Below, piece after piece: positions 63,202 through 64,000 of a stretch of 64,000 nucleotides of DNA. The DNA is from a virus. The stretch spans positions 1-64,000 of the IMG/VR virus record IMGVR_UViG_3300045988_126851, one strand, 5' to 3'. The position numbers and the translations under genes are program-made. The notes under the pieces are model-generated. The model saw only the letters and a list, made by a program, of their open reading frames with translations, did not search any database and was not told the origin of the DNA. Within the stretch, counting starts at the first letter, position 1; the number at the start of each line of letters is the position of its first letter.

Positions 63202-63855
63202 ATGAGAAGTAGAGGTAACAATGGATCGGAATTGCATAGGTTGAAAACCATGCAAGAGAATTATGATCAACAGATGTTTCTAAGGTTATATAAGGTGTGC
63301 AAGCCAGTAATTAGAAATCTCACTAAGCAAATTGATTACAAAAGATATAATCTTACTCCAGATATTATATCTTCTTATTTCTGGGATAAGATGTTATATG
63401 TATTCAATAAATACTATGGTACTTGTTCGGAAGAACATTTAAAAGCAAGAATCCTTGCTTCACTCAGTACATTTAAGAATAAATTACTCCGTTCTGCCTA
63501 TGGAGAACAAGCAGAATATAATCAATCCTTATTTAAGTTAGATGATTTATTCGATAATGATAAAGAGTTAGAAGATGACAGTGAAGAAGAGAAAGCTAAA
63601 TCTGAAATGCTTGAGATGATGTATTCATATATGAAAGATCATTTATCTATTGATGCTTACATGGTATTCGAGGTATTACTTACTCCTCCTCCATATATTA
63701 AAGAAAGGATTAAAGATAGTGGAAGGATTACTAACTTATTATTGGTAGAATTCTTTGATATGCCTAAAACTAACTCTTCAGTTAAATACATATCGGAATT
63801 AAGATCAGATATTCAATATTGGGAAGACAGAGCTAAAGAAGAACTTAAGTATTAA
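63202..63855 (+). CDS. hypothetical protein, weakly sigma-factor-like
   Basis: FLRLYKVCKPVIRNL...TPDIISSYFWDKMLYVFNKY is reminiscent of sigma region 2. The gene is divergent from the replication operon. Confidence 0.3.
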   Translation: MRSRGNNGSELHRLKTMQENYDQQMFLRLYKVCKPVIRNLTKQIDYKRYNLTPDIISSYFWDKMLYVFNKYYGTCSEEHLKARILASLSTFKNKLLRSAYGEQAEYNQSLFKLDDLFDNDKELEDDSEEEKAKSEMLEMMYSYMKDHLSIDAYMVFEVLLTPPPYIKERIKDSGRITNLLLVEFFDMPKTNSSVKYISELRSDIQYWEDRAKEELKY

Positions 63856-64000
63856 CACAAAAAGAAGGGGGATATTTCCCAACATCCCCTCTCCCTAACA
63901 CATGAGTTTTAAGCTAATAAAATGCGCAACATCAAAAAGTTTTTCAATTTTATTATAGTTTTATGATATAAGCTAGTATGTAATATCCTGGTTCTATATT

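Noticed and set aside
1-64000. Temperate lifestyle markers (integrase, attP, CI-like repressor)
   Set aside because: None could be recognised in any listed ORF. Absence from this window does not exclude them elsewhere in the genome.

Overview
The window is a contiguous, AT-rich piece of a large tailed dsDNA phage genome (Caudoviricetes). It looks virulent: no integrase, rRNA, tRNA or CRISPR array was seen. Almost all genes are on the minus strand. Read right to left in the direction of transcription, the layout is as follows. (1) 63-40 kb is a replication, recombination and nucleotide-metabolism module. It holds a DnaB-like helicase, a zinc-ribbon/TOPRIM primase, an SF2 DEAD helicase, a dUTPase, a MazG-like NTP pyrophosphatase, a ThyA/dCMP-hydroxymethylase-fold enzyme and an intein-interrupted family A DNA polymerase. 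It also holds a GroES-like protein, a gp32-like SSB, a RecA/UvsX-like recombinase, a FEN/RNase H, a P-loop kinase, SbcCD and a PD-(D/E)XK nuclease. (2) 40-38.7 kb encodes a NusG/UpxY-like protein and an HTH protein. (3) 38.6-23 kb is a long run of small, mostly unrecognisable genes. Many are very acidic or very lysine-rich, and many have their own promoter (TATATTTGCATA, matching the Bacteroidota -7 box TAnnTTTG) and their own hairpin terminator. (4) 24.6-22.5 kb consists of two ORF-free blocks full of short oriented repeats, palindromes and (TA)7 tracts, with a sharp mirror-image G/C skew switch. I consider this the most unusual part of the window. (5) 21.6-22.7 kb is a markedly more AT-rich islet with two small genes. 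(6) 17.6-21.4 kb is a plus-strand accessory module containing three diverged paralogues with a BACON-like N-terminal domain. (7) 17.5-15.4 kb encodes an N-acetylmuramidase endolysin, an HExxH membrane protein and a divergent C5-methyltransferase-like protein. (8) 14-0 kb is the packaging, head and tail module: an intein-interrupted large terminase, portal, scaffold-like protein, decoration-like protein, HK97-like major capsid protein, PKD-domain protein, a 1216-aa coiled-coil fibre and a fibre-repeat protein. Promoter type, absence of Shine-Dalgarno sequences and the BACON-like domains suggest a Bacteroidota host, but this is inference. All functional calls come from motifs read by eye in the supplied translations. 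No database search was run.
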